DNA of 64,000 nt from Callorhinchus milii (GCF_018977255.1 NW_024704742.1:75704001-75768000); one strand, 5' to 3'. Shown: positions 12,339 to 24,626, numbered from the stretch's first letter. The notes: generated from the letters alone by a model not told the origin. A program made the numbers and translations.

Positions 12339-15300
12339 GTATGTATGTAACCCCTCCCCCACTCATACTCCACCCCTCCCCCACCTTCCCTCCCCTGACT
12401 GCAGAAGAAAATAAATAACGGGAAATCGTAGTGTAATGATGTAGAATTAGGGAAAATCCATACCCAGATGGAATTTTACTGCTAGGGTTCCTTAAGCAAA
12501 TCTAAACAGTTTCAGAGAATGGGAGGTAGCAATCATGGGAATTGTACTTGCCCTCAACTATAACACTGTTCACCTGTAAAATATACGTTACTGTAGTAAG
12601 GAAATCCTTTGAAGCACATCTGTAGTACCTTCCTGATTATAAAAGGTACTATATAAATGCAAGGAATCTTATTATAGAAAGGAGCAAATAAATGGTCTTC
12701 CCATAATATCTTGTGGAATTGTTGTGTCTGTATGCCTTACTAACGTAAAAGAGAACTACCATTTACTGCCAAATGCTTAAAGAGAGAGGTAAGGTTAGTA
12801 ACAACAATAACTTGTATTTATATCGCCCCTCACGCAGGGTAACATCCCAGAGCACTTAATAGCATAAACACAAAGTCTGGACTGGTCTAAATTATCCGTT
12901 AGTTACTCTCCCAGTCTAGGCTGACACTCTAATGTAGTGTTGAAGGAGCGCTGCATTGTCAGAGGTGCTGTCACTTAGATAAGCTGTTAAATCCTGTCCA
13001 GTAGCTCAGTTAGAGCACTTACCCCACAAGCAAGAGACCTGGGTTCGATTCCCGGCAGGCCAAAATGTTGGGCGAGTTTCTTTACTCCACACGCCTCTGC
13101 TTACCTAGAAGTAAGTAAGTAAGAATCGGTTGTTAGTCGATTGGCGGATCGTTTTTCCTTCAAAAAAAATTGATCACTTCAATCCACTGGAAGGGAATTA
13201 AAGTAGCAGAGGATAATGTATTACGCGTTTAATTAGTTTGTCTATTCAAATGCCCTCCTCGCCGGTCTCCCCTCCAATATCATCCATAAAATCCAGGTCA
13301 TCCAGAACTCTGCCGCCCGCATTCTTATCCGCACCAAACTCCGCTCCCTGATTACCCCAGTCCTTGCCAGACTGCACTGGCTGCCTGTCCCAGAGAGGAT
13401 CGACTTCAATCCCTCCACTCCTCTGCACTGCCCTAACCTCTCTGACCTCCTCTCTCTTCACAACAGTGCCCGTTGCCTTCGCTCTACCAGGTCTGGCCTT
13501 CTCCTTGTCCCCGAATCCTCCGCTCCACCATTGGCGGCAATGCCTTCAGCCACTACTCCCCGAGGCTCTGGAACTCCCTTCCTTACTCCCTTTGCCTCGC
13601 TCCCTCTCTTCCTATTTTCAGGCCTCGGCTGAAGACCTTTCTCTTCGACCGCGCCGTTGGTCACCCTCTTCCCCCTCCCCCTGGCTCGGTCCCGGGATCC
13701 GTTACTGTGAAGCGCTCTGAGATGCCGTCCGGCGTGGAGGGCCTATATAATAATAATAATAATAATACTTGCATTTGATATAGCGCTTTTCACGTCGGGA
13801 GGACGTCCCAAAGCGCTTCACAGAATATAGAAATCCAAGTTGTTATGGTTGTCACCTTCCTTTCAGTGTTCCTATTGTGGGCACCAGCCACCCTCAACTA
13901 CATCGCTCAACAACAACAACAACAAAATTACATTTGTATAGCGCCTTTCACGTCGGGAGGACGTCCCAAGGCCCTGGACAGACAGAGTTACGCTGAAGTA
14001 AACAAGTGAACATTCTTCAAGCCAAACAATCACTTTTGTCATTACCCAGAGGGTAATTAATGGAACAGGTTGCCAGGAAAGGTGATAGAGGCCAGGACAC
14101 TGGACTCATATAAAAAGTAGCTTGATGCAGTGATGGGGAGGGGGGGTGTTAGGATGGGTGTTCTGAAGGGATGAGATTTGGAATGGGCTGAAGGGGTTTC
14201 TTCATCTAAACCAATCTTGTTACTTGTGAACACATTAACACAGATGAAATATTTTGAGCTTGAAGCCATTTCTAAAAATAACCAACAATGATAGCCATTG
14301 AAGCTAAAAAAAATATTGTGTTTTACCATTCTAGGGCCAAAGACTCAGTCAAGCACTTCCAAATTGAACGTACTGAATGTTCCATTAAATTTGGATTCAG
14401 TGAGTTCCGGTCATTAAAGGATTTTATCAGTCACTTTGCCAACCAGCCCCTTCTTGGCAGTGAAACAGGTAAGATGACATGCACTGAAAATTGGTTAGGA
14501 TTATATTGATCAACATTGTGTACGTTGTACTTTTACTCTTTTTTACACATTAACATTTTACACAGGCGCAATAGACTGAACTCTAACTTCTATCCTGTAA
14601 ACATTAATGATTTCTAAGGTTTTAAGGAATTCAAATGTCATAAATGCTCTATTGCCCCTTCCCCTAATCTTCCATGCACACTCCATACCAGACAAACAGA
14701 AACCGTACATATGGGGGAAACACTCAGTAGTTTGATTTGGATATTGATAAGCATGCTGGTGGGTTTCCACATGTCAGCCACCTGGTTGACCAAAATAAAA
14801 TGACCGTCTTTAACTGGGAGCACACAAGTCAGCTGTCTCCCGAAATCCCCGTTTCAAAGTGCTGGAAAGGGATGGTGTATTTTTTTTTAATATTATAAGC
14901 ACTCTTAAGAAAAAACACGTGTGTGGAAACTATAAGGAAATTTGCCAGTTAATGAGTGACTCAGAATGAATGGCTTATTAGTACTTTCTGAGTGAGTCAG
15001 CTGCACATTTGTTCTTCTTTCCTGCGCACACACGTGTGTTTTAGCACTTTAATTGTAGGCTGGAATCTTGTAATGTACTCTGCAGCGCTGGAACAGGACG
15101 CCAGGACCCCAGGACGCCAGGACGATGGACTGGTGTATTAGAACAGTAGTTTAGAGTACTATCACAACAGTCTGTTGTTCTGGAATGATTTTCCAGTGCT
15201 AAGAACAGTGATAATAGTGTGCTTGAACAGCACTTCGGGGTTCTCGAATGATAGCCTGGTGTGTTGAAGCAGTATTCTTGAGTGCTAGAACGATAGTCCG

Positions 15301-18300
15301 GTATGTTGGAGCGGTAATCTCGGTTGCTATGTAGTCTGGTGAGAATCAGTTGAAACCCCTGATAAGAAAAGCCCATTTAGAAAATTGGAGCAGTAAGAGA
15401 AACAGTGTTTCCGGCTAATAACATTTTCAATCTAATTTAGGAATCCTTCTCACAAGTGCTGTTCATGAAACTTTCCAGAACTTCTTGTTTTTAAATATTA
15501 AACTCCATTACCCCGTCTCTCTGTGGTCAGGCTAGTAAAATCAATTGACCTCACGTCCCCTGAAGTCCTGCTCACCCTGTACAGTGCTCTGGTCAGGCTG
15601 CAGCTGTAGTACTGTGTGTATGTGCGTGTGCATATATATATATATATATGTGATGGAGTCCTGCAGCTCAGTGGTTAGAGCACTCGCTTTGCAAGCGAGA
15701 CACCTGGGTTCAATTCCAGGCAGGGCGAAACCTTGGGCAAGTTTCCTTACTCCACACGCCTAATAATAATCCCTCCAAAAACCCAAAACAATAATAAAAA
15801 TTGGTCATTTTCAATCTACGACTGTTTGTGGGACATTGCTGTGTGCAATTGGCTGCCGCATTCGCCCACAAATATACAGTCAATTCACTTTACAGTGTGT
15901 TCTGTGAAGCGCATTGGGACGTCCTCCCGACGTGAAAAGCGCTATATCAAATGCAAGGATTATTAGTAGTTGAGAACCATTATCCCTGGTTATGGTGAGC
16001 ACACACAGACACACATGCATGTATCATATCAAACACAGACACAAGCACACAAATGTATACTCGTACGCACACATACACACAAAGCAGAATGTTTAATTTT
16101 TATTTTCTATTACTGTTTTTATCCCTGTGATGAAGGTACGCTTATTGTACTTAAATGCCCGTATCCTCGAAAAGTAGAAGAACCATCCATCTATGAGTCT
16201 GTCCGTGTTCACACAGCCATGAAGACTGGGTGTACTGAGAATGATCTGGTCTCTCAAGCACCCTCAGTAAGTCGACTGCTTCAGTACAATGTTTTTAATG
16301 CTTGGACTCTGTAATGTGATTAATCACAGCTATGAAACTTTTTGAGTATCAGCCGTAACTCTTAAGAGTACTTGGATGTCTATTGGCCTAAGATTTGCTA
16401 CATTTAAAACTACCACAAGAAAAAGAATTATGATTACATCTATTTGTCCCTTTTATGTTTATACTTTTTGAAAGTTTAACTATATGTGACACACTGTTCC
16501 CCAGCAGAGACACAGTAAGAGATAATAATAATCTTTACATTTGATATAACACCTTTCATGTCAGAAAGACATCTCAAAGCTCTAGGATATACTGCAAGGA
16601 GTAGTGACTGTATTTTTTGAGGGCGAACACTGCAGCCTATTTGTGCACAGCCATTGCATGGAAACAGCCATGGAGTGAAGGACCACTTTTATTTGTTGGC
16701 CAGGACACTGGGAGAAATTCCCATCTCTTTTCGAATAGTACCATAGGATCTTTAAAGTACAGCTGAAACGGTAGATGGGATCTCAGTTTAAAGTCGCATC
16801 AAAAGGACGGCACCTCCGAAAATGCAGCATACCCCAGCACTATATTGGAGTGTCAGCCTGGACTATGTGAGTTTGAAGTTCCAATGTGGGACTTAAACCC
16901 ATAGCCTTCTGATTCAAGAGCGAGAGTGCTACCAACTGAGCCAGGCTGATACATATTCCTGGTTGAGCCAGGAAACCTGCTACTAAATACAGCAAATAAT
17001 ACTTTTCTTTAAAATAAGAATAAGTAAATAACACATTTATTTTCTCCCACTTCCTCCCTCTCAGCTGCCTTTAAAACACAACTGGCTCATTAGCTGAATA
17101 GTTTGTAGCTTGACCATTTTGCAATACTTAAGCTCTGTTATCTTTGATAGAACAAGTTGTGCAGCTGCTAACTTAGCTTGTGGCTAAATGTTTAGATGGT
17201 TAGTCTTCTATTTAGTTTCAGCCTGCTTGGGGAAGCAGAAATATTGCTCAGTTGACACCAGTGTCACTCAAATGTTTACATGGCCATCCTTTATTGTGCA
17301 CGTCTGTCTACCAAGGTCAAATCAGCCAGAATGGTGAATGATCAGGCTGTATTGGTAATCAGTTGAGTTCAGATCCCAGATCAAACTGAAACTGAAGATA
17401 TACAGAGCTCTGGTCAGGCCACATGTAAGGTACTGTATAAAGTTCTGGTCACTGTGACATCCAGGGGCAACCCAAGCCTTAGAGGAGTGCAGAGGAGAGC
17501 AACGAGGATGATCCCAGTGTTAGAGGAATGAGCTGTGATCAATGAATAGACAAGCTTTAGTCTTCAGAGAAAACCTCTCAGAGGGAAATCTCATAGAGGT
17601 GTATATCATTTTAATTGGAATTGAAAAAGTAAACCCAGAACAGTACTTTAGGATGCACCAATGCAGTAAAACAAGATATAGGTTTACAGTTGCAAAGGAT
17701 AGACACGAGGGAGTTTTTCTTTACCCAGAGGATGATTAACGACTGGAACAATTATGTTATTTCCAGAGCTTTTGATGTTCGTATCTCCCCTTTAATGCTG
17801 GCTACAGCTCTAAAGCTTTAGAAAATCGAACCAATATATTGAATACCAAGAAAGATTAAACAATCAAACATGAGATTAATCCACAATACATAAATCTTTC
17901 TCTGGAAAGTTTCAGCTTATTGTACAGTATTTCAAACCGGAACTTTAAATGGTCTGTTTAGCCACTGAGGTATTCATACTGAAACTGAAGCAGGTGCAAC
18001 CACAATAGCAGATCCCATTCAATCTGACTGGTACTGATAGACAGCAGAATATCTGACTATCACCAATGATTTGCACTCATTATTTGTGGTGAGAAACTTT
18101 TCAAATTTGTCTAATTTGAAGTTGAAGGATACTGGTTTGTTTCAGATTAAACTGACGGCCAAGAATCAAAATGCAAAATAGAGGAAGTAGGATCACAGCC
18201 ACAGGAAGCCAAGCCAAGGCTCAGGCAAGAGCTGGAAAGCTCAGTGAAGTTACATTTGAACAGAGCAGAGGAATGAATCCCCCGGGAGTTTTAGATTTCA

Positions 18301-21300
18301 TTAAAATATGGTATTGGCCTCTTTACACGTATTCAGCCTGTGCCGCTAAGTATTGCTGCTGTTTTGTCTTCAGATGAAAGCCATCTTAGTTAAATTTAAA
18401 TTTCATCCGTGTCAGCAAACAAAACTGCTGTTTTGGCTACACTAATGTTACAGCTGAAGGCTTTAAGTTATCAGGAGAGACGCACTGAACTGGACTGTTT
18501 CGCAATGGAGAAAAGATTAAAAGGGAGCGTGATCCACATATTTAAAATGCTGAGACTACTGGATAATGCAGATGCACGTTATTTATCTCAGACTGAGATT
18601 GAGTGCAGACCCAAGGGAATGAAACCAGCTTTAATTAAGATGAGATTAGAAAGATTTTTTTTGCCTGAGTTGCGGAGAAACAGAACTGAGTCTCAGCGCA
18701 AACAATTCAAGCTGTGACAGAGCTTTTTTTTAATATAAAAAAAGAAAAGCTGTATCGATATCTGATGAGGAATGCGGCAGAGGGTTGTAAGGATTTGAAT
18801 AGATAGAATGATCAGGTGTTCTGTGTAAAATGGTGCCTGAATTGTGAGTCCAAGGAAATGTCACTTCAGGGAAAGCAAGCGGTAAAGGGTGAAAAAAGCA
18901 GAGTAGTCTTTTTGTTCAATTAAGAAACATTGATAAAGGGCACAGACATCATTGTGAGAGAGAGTAAAAGAGAAAATGTTACAAATCTGAAGTGTTTGGG
19001 GCTGCAAAATGTTAATCAGAGACTAGTTTCTGCAGCCCGATGAGTAGAACAGCGTCTTACAGACTGGTTTGAATCCCATTTATGCTGAGTTTGCTGCTCT
19101 CATGGACTAATGTTTTTGCATGATTTTCTTTGGCCTTTGCCTCTTCGTCACACTATTGTCACACACAGTATGAAACCAGGCTGCTTCCTCAACCAAGTTG
19201 TATCACTCTTATTCAGATTTTTTAAATGATGAATATACTGAACAAAAACCAATCATTTGAATATAATCCATTGCAACAACAACAACAAAATTGCATTTGT
19301 ATAGCGTCTTTCACATCGGGAGGAGTCGGGATCCATTATCTAGTTTTTGACATGGAGAAAACTATGTTTGATATGTTGGAAGATTCTTGACACATCATTC
19401 ACTTACTATGTTTTTTTTCCTGGTTTCAAAACGAATGACTACTCATCCTCATTGAATGGAGCTGAAAGGATTGCTCTTAAAGTAGCCGGCACAGACATGA
19501 TGGCCTGGATGGCCTTCCTGTGCTGTAATTTCTATGGTTCTATGGAATTCTCACAATGCTATAATCAAAAGCACTGTCTCTTCCTTGAGCATGGAATGAT
19601 TTGCTGGGGGTGGCTGTTGGAATGGTAGATTGGGATACTTGAAAGGGAATTGGATAAACATACATGGAGGGAAGGGTATTAGAAGGGGAAAGAGCAGGGA
19701 ATTGGGAATAGGATAGTTGGTTTTATTGGAGGAGCAAATGGGGGTTGCAATCCTGATGCTCTTTCCGAATCCAGGGATTTCAGGATTTTAATACCCTAAA
19801 TCCCAGGCTCCCGAGATGCTAAATCTTACCTCATCCAGAACACCTGCGGTGGTTCTCCCTACCAGCACCGTGGACTCGAAGCACCTCAGAGAAAGTGGGA
19901 GGACACCTGGGAGGTTTAAAGGTCGGCTCGTTCTCGTGGAGGCAGCAGGAAGGCCTATCCTACCGCCTGGGCTTTGCCGCCCCCTCCTGAAATTTATAGA
20001 AAGAATCTAGGGATTTCAGGGACACCATTAGCATACGGGATCAATCTTGAGTGATGCAGCACCAGTGGAAACAGGCCACTTGCTCCAACTAGTCCATGTT
20101 GGTGTTTATACACACAATGCCATACTCCTCCTTTACCTCTTTATTCCCTTGCCCCTCATGTATCCAAAACTTTAAGGACTTCTTTTCTTTGAAATTCAGC
20201 CATAAAGGTTGGAACATAATGAATTAAACTGAAGAATAATCTAAAATGTCTATCTTTGCAGTTGGGGACAAAAGAAGGCTATCTTACAAAACAAGGAGGA
20301 AGAGTAAAGGTAAAGGTTTTTTTTTACATTTATATATCATAAAGAAATATTGTATGTGCATCCCACCAAAGGGATTAGTCAATTACTGCTTCTACAAATG
20401 CACTGCTGTACTTTTTCCTTATTTGGAGAGCAGGTAAAGTGGGAAGGACTATATTATTATAGTCAGCATAAGGCTGATCAACAATTCCCCTTTTATCTCT
20501 GAGAGCTGGGTTTAAATTAAATATTGGTGGGAGAAACTCTCTCCCTTCTCCCACTCTCTCTTCTGGCAGTTAAAATCTTACACAGGAACACAGAAGGAGG
20601 TCACGCAACCCATTGAGCCTGTTCCACCAGCTTATTAAATCTTGGTGGATCTTTATTTATTTTCTGAGCCTTGGATTTTTTCCGATTTCTCTCGAAGGAC
20701 ATTATTGGAGGGGAACATTCCATTGATTCTGATCATCCTTTACCTAATGCAACACTTGAACTTGAAAATGCAAAGTAGAAATGTATTCCATTCCCTAGAT
20801 CCACTTTGTGTGTAAAAAGCGATGGGCTGATGTGTAAAGGCACTACCAAGCTGTGAGGCACTTAGATACAGGAGGTATACCTGACCTCCGAATGAGTTGA
20901 TCTTGGCAGCAGTGGATACACTGAACTATTCCCGAGTTATGGAAGTGTTAAAAAGATAAACTGACACCGTTAGTAGGTCATGCATACCATTACAGCATAG
21001 TTACTTATTTTAACATGAGGTAAACATTCCTGGAGTATTCTTTTAATATCTGCACTCAAAACAGGCAAGAAAATCACTAACCGCTAAAAAATAAGACCGA
21101 GTGATCACAGACATTATATTGAACCGGTTAAATTGTGTGCTGCCTTCCCAAACTGGGTGTTTCTGTTTTATGTTATCTTTCAGTATGAACCTATTGCTCA
21201 TTTTTCCTTTCGTTTTTAGAGTTGGAAAACGCGGTGGTTTATTTTACATAGGAATGAACTGAAGTATTTCAAGGATAAAATGGTACGTATCAAAACCTCA

Positions 21301-24300
21301 CCTGATTACACAGAAGCAGTGTTTGTAGTTCAAAAGTTTAACATTGGGAAGGCTACCAAGATGGACCTTGTTTTTTTTGTTTAGCATTTCTTATGTTCTT
21401 ATGATTTGGAGAAAACTGGAACACCCAACAATTTTTGTTTGGTCAGCCGGGTGTAAACTCAGAACACTATTTCAAGATCTGCAAGGCAGTGGAACAAGGG
21501 AACACATTTATAGTTTAGAGGGAGATGTCAGGATAGATACCAGGAAGTAATTATTTAAATAGAAGGTAATTATTAATTGGAATGGGTTACAGAAGGAAAT
21601 TGAGGCTCAGACATTGGACTCACTTAAGAAATAGCTTTCTTTATCTGAACCTCTGGTGATCTTGTGTGTTTGAAGTCTGTAAGTCTGTTGGTGCCAATGC
21701 TACCCTTACCTTATGTTGAGGTATACCACATCTGAGATTGTTATAAGCTACAGACGCACATTTTGTACAACCAACAGTTGTGCTGACTTTATTAAGTAAT
21801 GTTTACTGCATTGGTCTATAAAACATCTTTGTACAAATGACTTGTTTTGCAGTCTTCAGAGCCAATTAAAACACTGGATCTAACAGAATGCACCGGGGTA
21901 CAATTTGACTACTCTCAGGAAAGAATCAATTGTTTTTGGTAAGAACTTATTTGACAGCCCGGAAGCTCGCTGGTTCAAATCATCATCTTGTTTGCTGTTG
22001 AGTTTAATGGCCTGAGCCAGGTTCGGGTGGAGAGGCTAAGTTGACCCCAGCCTTTCTAGGGTTAGGGAGGGAAACAAGAGCCAGGGTACCTGCTCCTGGT
22101 CGCTCTACAGCACCCACTGGTGAACATGTGGAAGGCGGATGAGAAGAGGACAGGCTTGACTGTAACGTCTGCTACAATTTAGTGTAGTGACCTGCTAACA
22201 CTCATTGCCAAGATCCACACATGAACAATAGCCATTGGGCAGGATACTTGTGCATCTTTATTTTTAATTTACTGACTAGTCAAAATAATTTACTATTTAC
22301 TCTTCATAATTGTGAAAACCTTAAGCAGGAAATACCTTAACCTCTCAGCTCCAGTGAAAAACCGATTGAGTTTCTCTTAATAACTGAAACCTTTCCTCCC
22401 TGATAACAGCTCAGTGAATCTGTGCTGCAACTTTTCTGTTGCTTTTGTGTTCTTCCTGTAATGGGGTGCTACAAGACCCCAACTGAGCTATTGTACAAGT
22501 TCAATACAAACTGCTTTTGTCTTTAGATATAATACCAAGGATTCTGTTTACTTTTGTTATGGCCTCTTCTACCTTCATTACCACCTTTAATGATCTGTCT
22601 ATCTGTACACCATGGTCCTCTGTTCATCTAGTCCATTTAAAATCTTACCACCTAGGTATACTTCCTTTCCGTGTTCCTTCTACCAAAACACACTAATTCA
22701 CCCGATGCAGCCAGAAGCATCGATAATTTACATATTAAAGTAAATTTGTCTTGTGCAAAGCACAATTTTTTTTATTTTCTGCTCACTTTAAGTATGCACA
22801 TTTTAATTGATTCACATTAAATAACTTTTAATCGCTTTGCAGTTTAGTATTCCCTGAAAGGACATATTACATGTGTACAAAGACGGGAGTGGAAGCTGAT
22901 GAATGGATCAAGTTAATTCGCTGGAAACTGGTGAGTGCTGTTTACAAGTCACTAAATATAAAGATGGTTTCTCTGTTAACTGTGCCCGTGTTCTTGAGTG
23001 GAAGCTGTTAAAGTGAATTTAAGTGAGTTAAGGAGGTAATGCAGGGAAGGTGATGCTCACAATATGTTGGGAGAGCATTACTTTTCAGCAAACAATTCCA
23101 TTAACCTTTTAAGGTAATAGACCATTACACCATCTAGCTACGTAACCAATTTCCCACAACGATAAGTCAGGAAATCATTCTTTCAATCTAATAATAATAA
23201 TAATTTTGGTGTCGCAAAGCGTGGAGGTTAGAGCACTCGCCTCGCTAGCTTTGATTCCCAGGCAGGGCAAAAACGTGGGCAAGTTTTCTTCCTCCACACA
23301 CCTCTGTTTACCTAGCAGTAAGTAGGAACCTGGTTGTTAGTCAATTGGCAGATCGCTTTCTGGGGGTAATAATCCCCCCATAAATAAATAATTTGATCAT
23401 TCACTCCATGACTGTCTATGGGACACTTTCGGGCGTGGAGTCCTGTAGCTCAGTGGTTAGAGCACTCGCTTTGCAAGCGAGAGACCTGAGTTCAATTCCA
23501 GGCAGAGGGCGAAACCTTGGGCAAGTTTCCTTACTCCACACGCCTAAGAATCCCTTCAAAAACCAAAAACAATAATAAAATTGGTCATTTTCAATCTACG
23601 ACTGTTTGTGGACATTGCTGTGCGCAATTGACTGCCGCGTTCGCCCACAAATATACAGTCAATTCACTTTACAGTGTGTTCTGTGAAGCGCTTTGGGACG
23701 TCTTCCCGACGTGAAAAGCGCTATATCAAATGCAAAGATTATTATTATTATTAATTGGCTGCTGTGTTTCTCCCACAATATACACAGTCAATACATTCTG
23801 TGAAGCGCTTTGAGATGTCTCAACAACCTGATAAGGTGTTATATCAAATACAATAATTATTATTATAATTTTTGTTATGTGGAGACAGTTTAGTCAACAC
23901 ATAGTAAAGTCCAAAGTACAACTCAAAGAGAGAAACCCCACAAAAATAAGACCAGCCTGTGCTAGTAATTTCACAGCCTTGTTGCAAAGCAATAATGGAA
24001 TGAACAAAATGGTGAAAGTTTCCCCAACATCCACACATTGTATAAATAATCGGAGAGTAGATCTGTAACTGTAAGCACTTTATACAAGTTCCTTCTAAGC
24101 AAGGGAGAAGGAACTTCAGGTAGTTTGGGTGGAAAGGTGACGAAGTTGAAAAGGTGGCTCAAAGCAGCCTTTATGGTGGTAGTGATGGGGGATGAGGGGG
24201 ACGGTGGTGGTAGGTGGGGAGACTCAGAAAGGCTGATAGCTCACCCCTGAATAGGTACGTGAAGCTTGGCCCTATGTTAGCTGAACAGAGGGCAGGAGTT

Positions 24301-24626
24301 AGGAGAGCGAGGCTGTGGAGGGAGTAGTGATAATTTACCATCGGCAGCCAGCAATCCCATCAATATCTGAGAGCAGAGGAGGCACAGCAGAGAGGATTTG
24401 AGACTGGCTCCTTCTACTAGTGTTTGGAGCCTGAAAATAAAGTGCAATTACTTCCCCTCCTCACATCAATTTTAAAAAGATTTCTCCTGAATGTGAGCCA
24501 AACAAATGGGGATATGCCACAAAGATTGCTTTGTTTGCTTACTTACAACAAACTAAGTGAACTCTTTTTATTCTCGTTTTATTCCAGAATCAAAAAAAGA
24601 AATCAGCAGTGTTACAAAATCTATGA
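12216..24626 (+). CDS. DAPP1: DAPP1/Bam32 (SH2 + PH adaptor), spliced gene, coding exons 2-9; exon 1 not located
   Basis: Exons 12216-12338, 14335-14468, 16136-16266, 20262-20309, 21220-21282, 21853-21938, 22843-22930 and (probable) 24588-24626 join in frame with GT-AG sites. They give WFHFTLSRHAAEALLLSNGLDGSYLLR...EEPSIYESVRVHT...LGTKEGYLTKQGG...WIKLIRWKL, recognisably DAPP1. Confidence 0.96.
13240..13850 (+). mobile_element. L2 LINE 3' fragment whose tail is interrupted by an inverted SINE tail (~13748-13830)
   Basis: IQVIQNSAARIL...LHWLP...RLKTFLF; tail split CTATATAA / AAATCCAAGTTGTT. Confidence 0.85.
14335..14468 (+). CDS. DAPP1: DAPP1 exon 3 (SH2 C-half)
   Basis: ctag|G GCC AAA...ACA G|gtaag; AKDSVKHFQIERTECSIKFGFSEFRSLKDFISHFANQPLLGSET; 134 nt. 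Confidence 0.96.
15132..15345. repeat. Degenerate ~21-bp tandem repeat (~10 units)
   Basis: Recurring GGTGTGTTGAA.CAGTA.TC / GAGTGCTAGAACGATAGTCC-type units; the minus-strand ORF shows 7-aa periodicity. Confidence 0.6.
15655..15965 (+). mobile_element. Young full-length tRNA-derived SINE (~310 bp)
   Basis: GGAGTCCTG.AGCTCAGTGGTTAGAGCACTCGCTTTGCAAGCGAG...GTTCAATTCC (Pol III A/B boxes), Deu-like core, stem-loop tail, (TTA)n. Confidence 0.93.
16136..16266 (+). CDS. DAPP1: DAPP1 exon 4 (linker with the phospho-Tyr motif SIYESV)
   Basis: aag|GT ACG...CCC TCA|gtaagt; GTLIVLKCPYPRKVEEPSIYESVRVHTAMKTGCTENDLVSQAPS; 131 nt. Confidence 0.96.
16520..16950 (-). mobile_element. SacSINE1-like Deu-SINE, near full length, diverged
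   Basis: Same head and body motifs as 928-1240, on minus strand. Confidence 0.75.
17395..17750 (+). mobile_element. Degenerate CR1 LINE fragment
   Basis: YRALVRPH..Y, VQRRATRMIP, GNLIEVY.I motifs. Similar CR1 debris at ~4620-4780, 14040-14220, 18440-18800, 21450-21640 and 22330-22700. Confidence 0.7.
20262..20309 (+). CDS. DAPP1: DAPP1 exon 5 (PH start)
   Basis: ttgcag|TTG GGG ACA...GTA AAG|gtaaag; LGTKEGYLTKQGGRVK; 48 nt. Confidence 0.94.
21220..21282 (+). CDS. DAPP1: DAPP1 exon 6 (PH)
   Basis: tttag|AGT TGG...AAA ATG|gtacgt; SWKTRWFILHRNELKYFKDKM; 63 nt. Confidence 0.95.
21853..21938 (+). CDS. DAPP1: DAPP1 exon 7 (PH)
   Basis: ttgcag|TCT TCA GAG...TTT TG|gtaag; SSEPIKTLDLTECTGVQFDYSQERINCF(C); 86 nt. 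Confidence 0.95.
22843..22930 (+). CDS. DAPP1: DAPP1 exon 8 (PH end)
   Basis: ttgcag|T TTA GTA...AAA CTG|gtgagt; LVFPERTYYMCTKTGVEADEWIKLIRWKL; 88 nt. Confidence 0.95.
23437..23752 (+). mobile_element. Young full-length SINE nested in an older long-form copy (host ~23207-23436 and 23753-23870)
   Basis: The host Deu core is interrupted between ...GGGCGT and AATTGGCTGC. Confidence 0.9.
24588..24626 (+). CDS. DAPP1: DAPP1 probable terminal coding exon
   Basis: Strong polypyrimidine tract ...ttctcgttttattccag| then phase-0 NQKKKSAVLQNL*; AATAAA downstream at 24824-24829; only weak similarity to the mammalian tail. Confidence 0.65.
   Translation, partial: NQKKKSAVLQNL

Noticed and set aside
14180..14215. 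Hammerhead/Penelope-like CTGAAG motif
   Set aside because: Matches the CR1 3' end (GGGCYGAAGGG...) also seen at ~5299 and ~26523; no paired GAAA core or stems found
15132..15345. CRISPR-like repeat/spacer array
   Set aside because: Units are contiguous and degenerate with no unique spacers; eukaryotic intron with no cas genes
15655..15730. tRNA-Ala(TGC)-like gene in each SINE head
   Set aside because: A/B boxes and the anticodon arm are present, but the acceptor stem does not close and the sequence continues into SINE body; these are SINE heads, not tRNA genes
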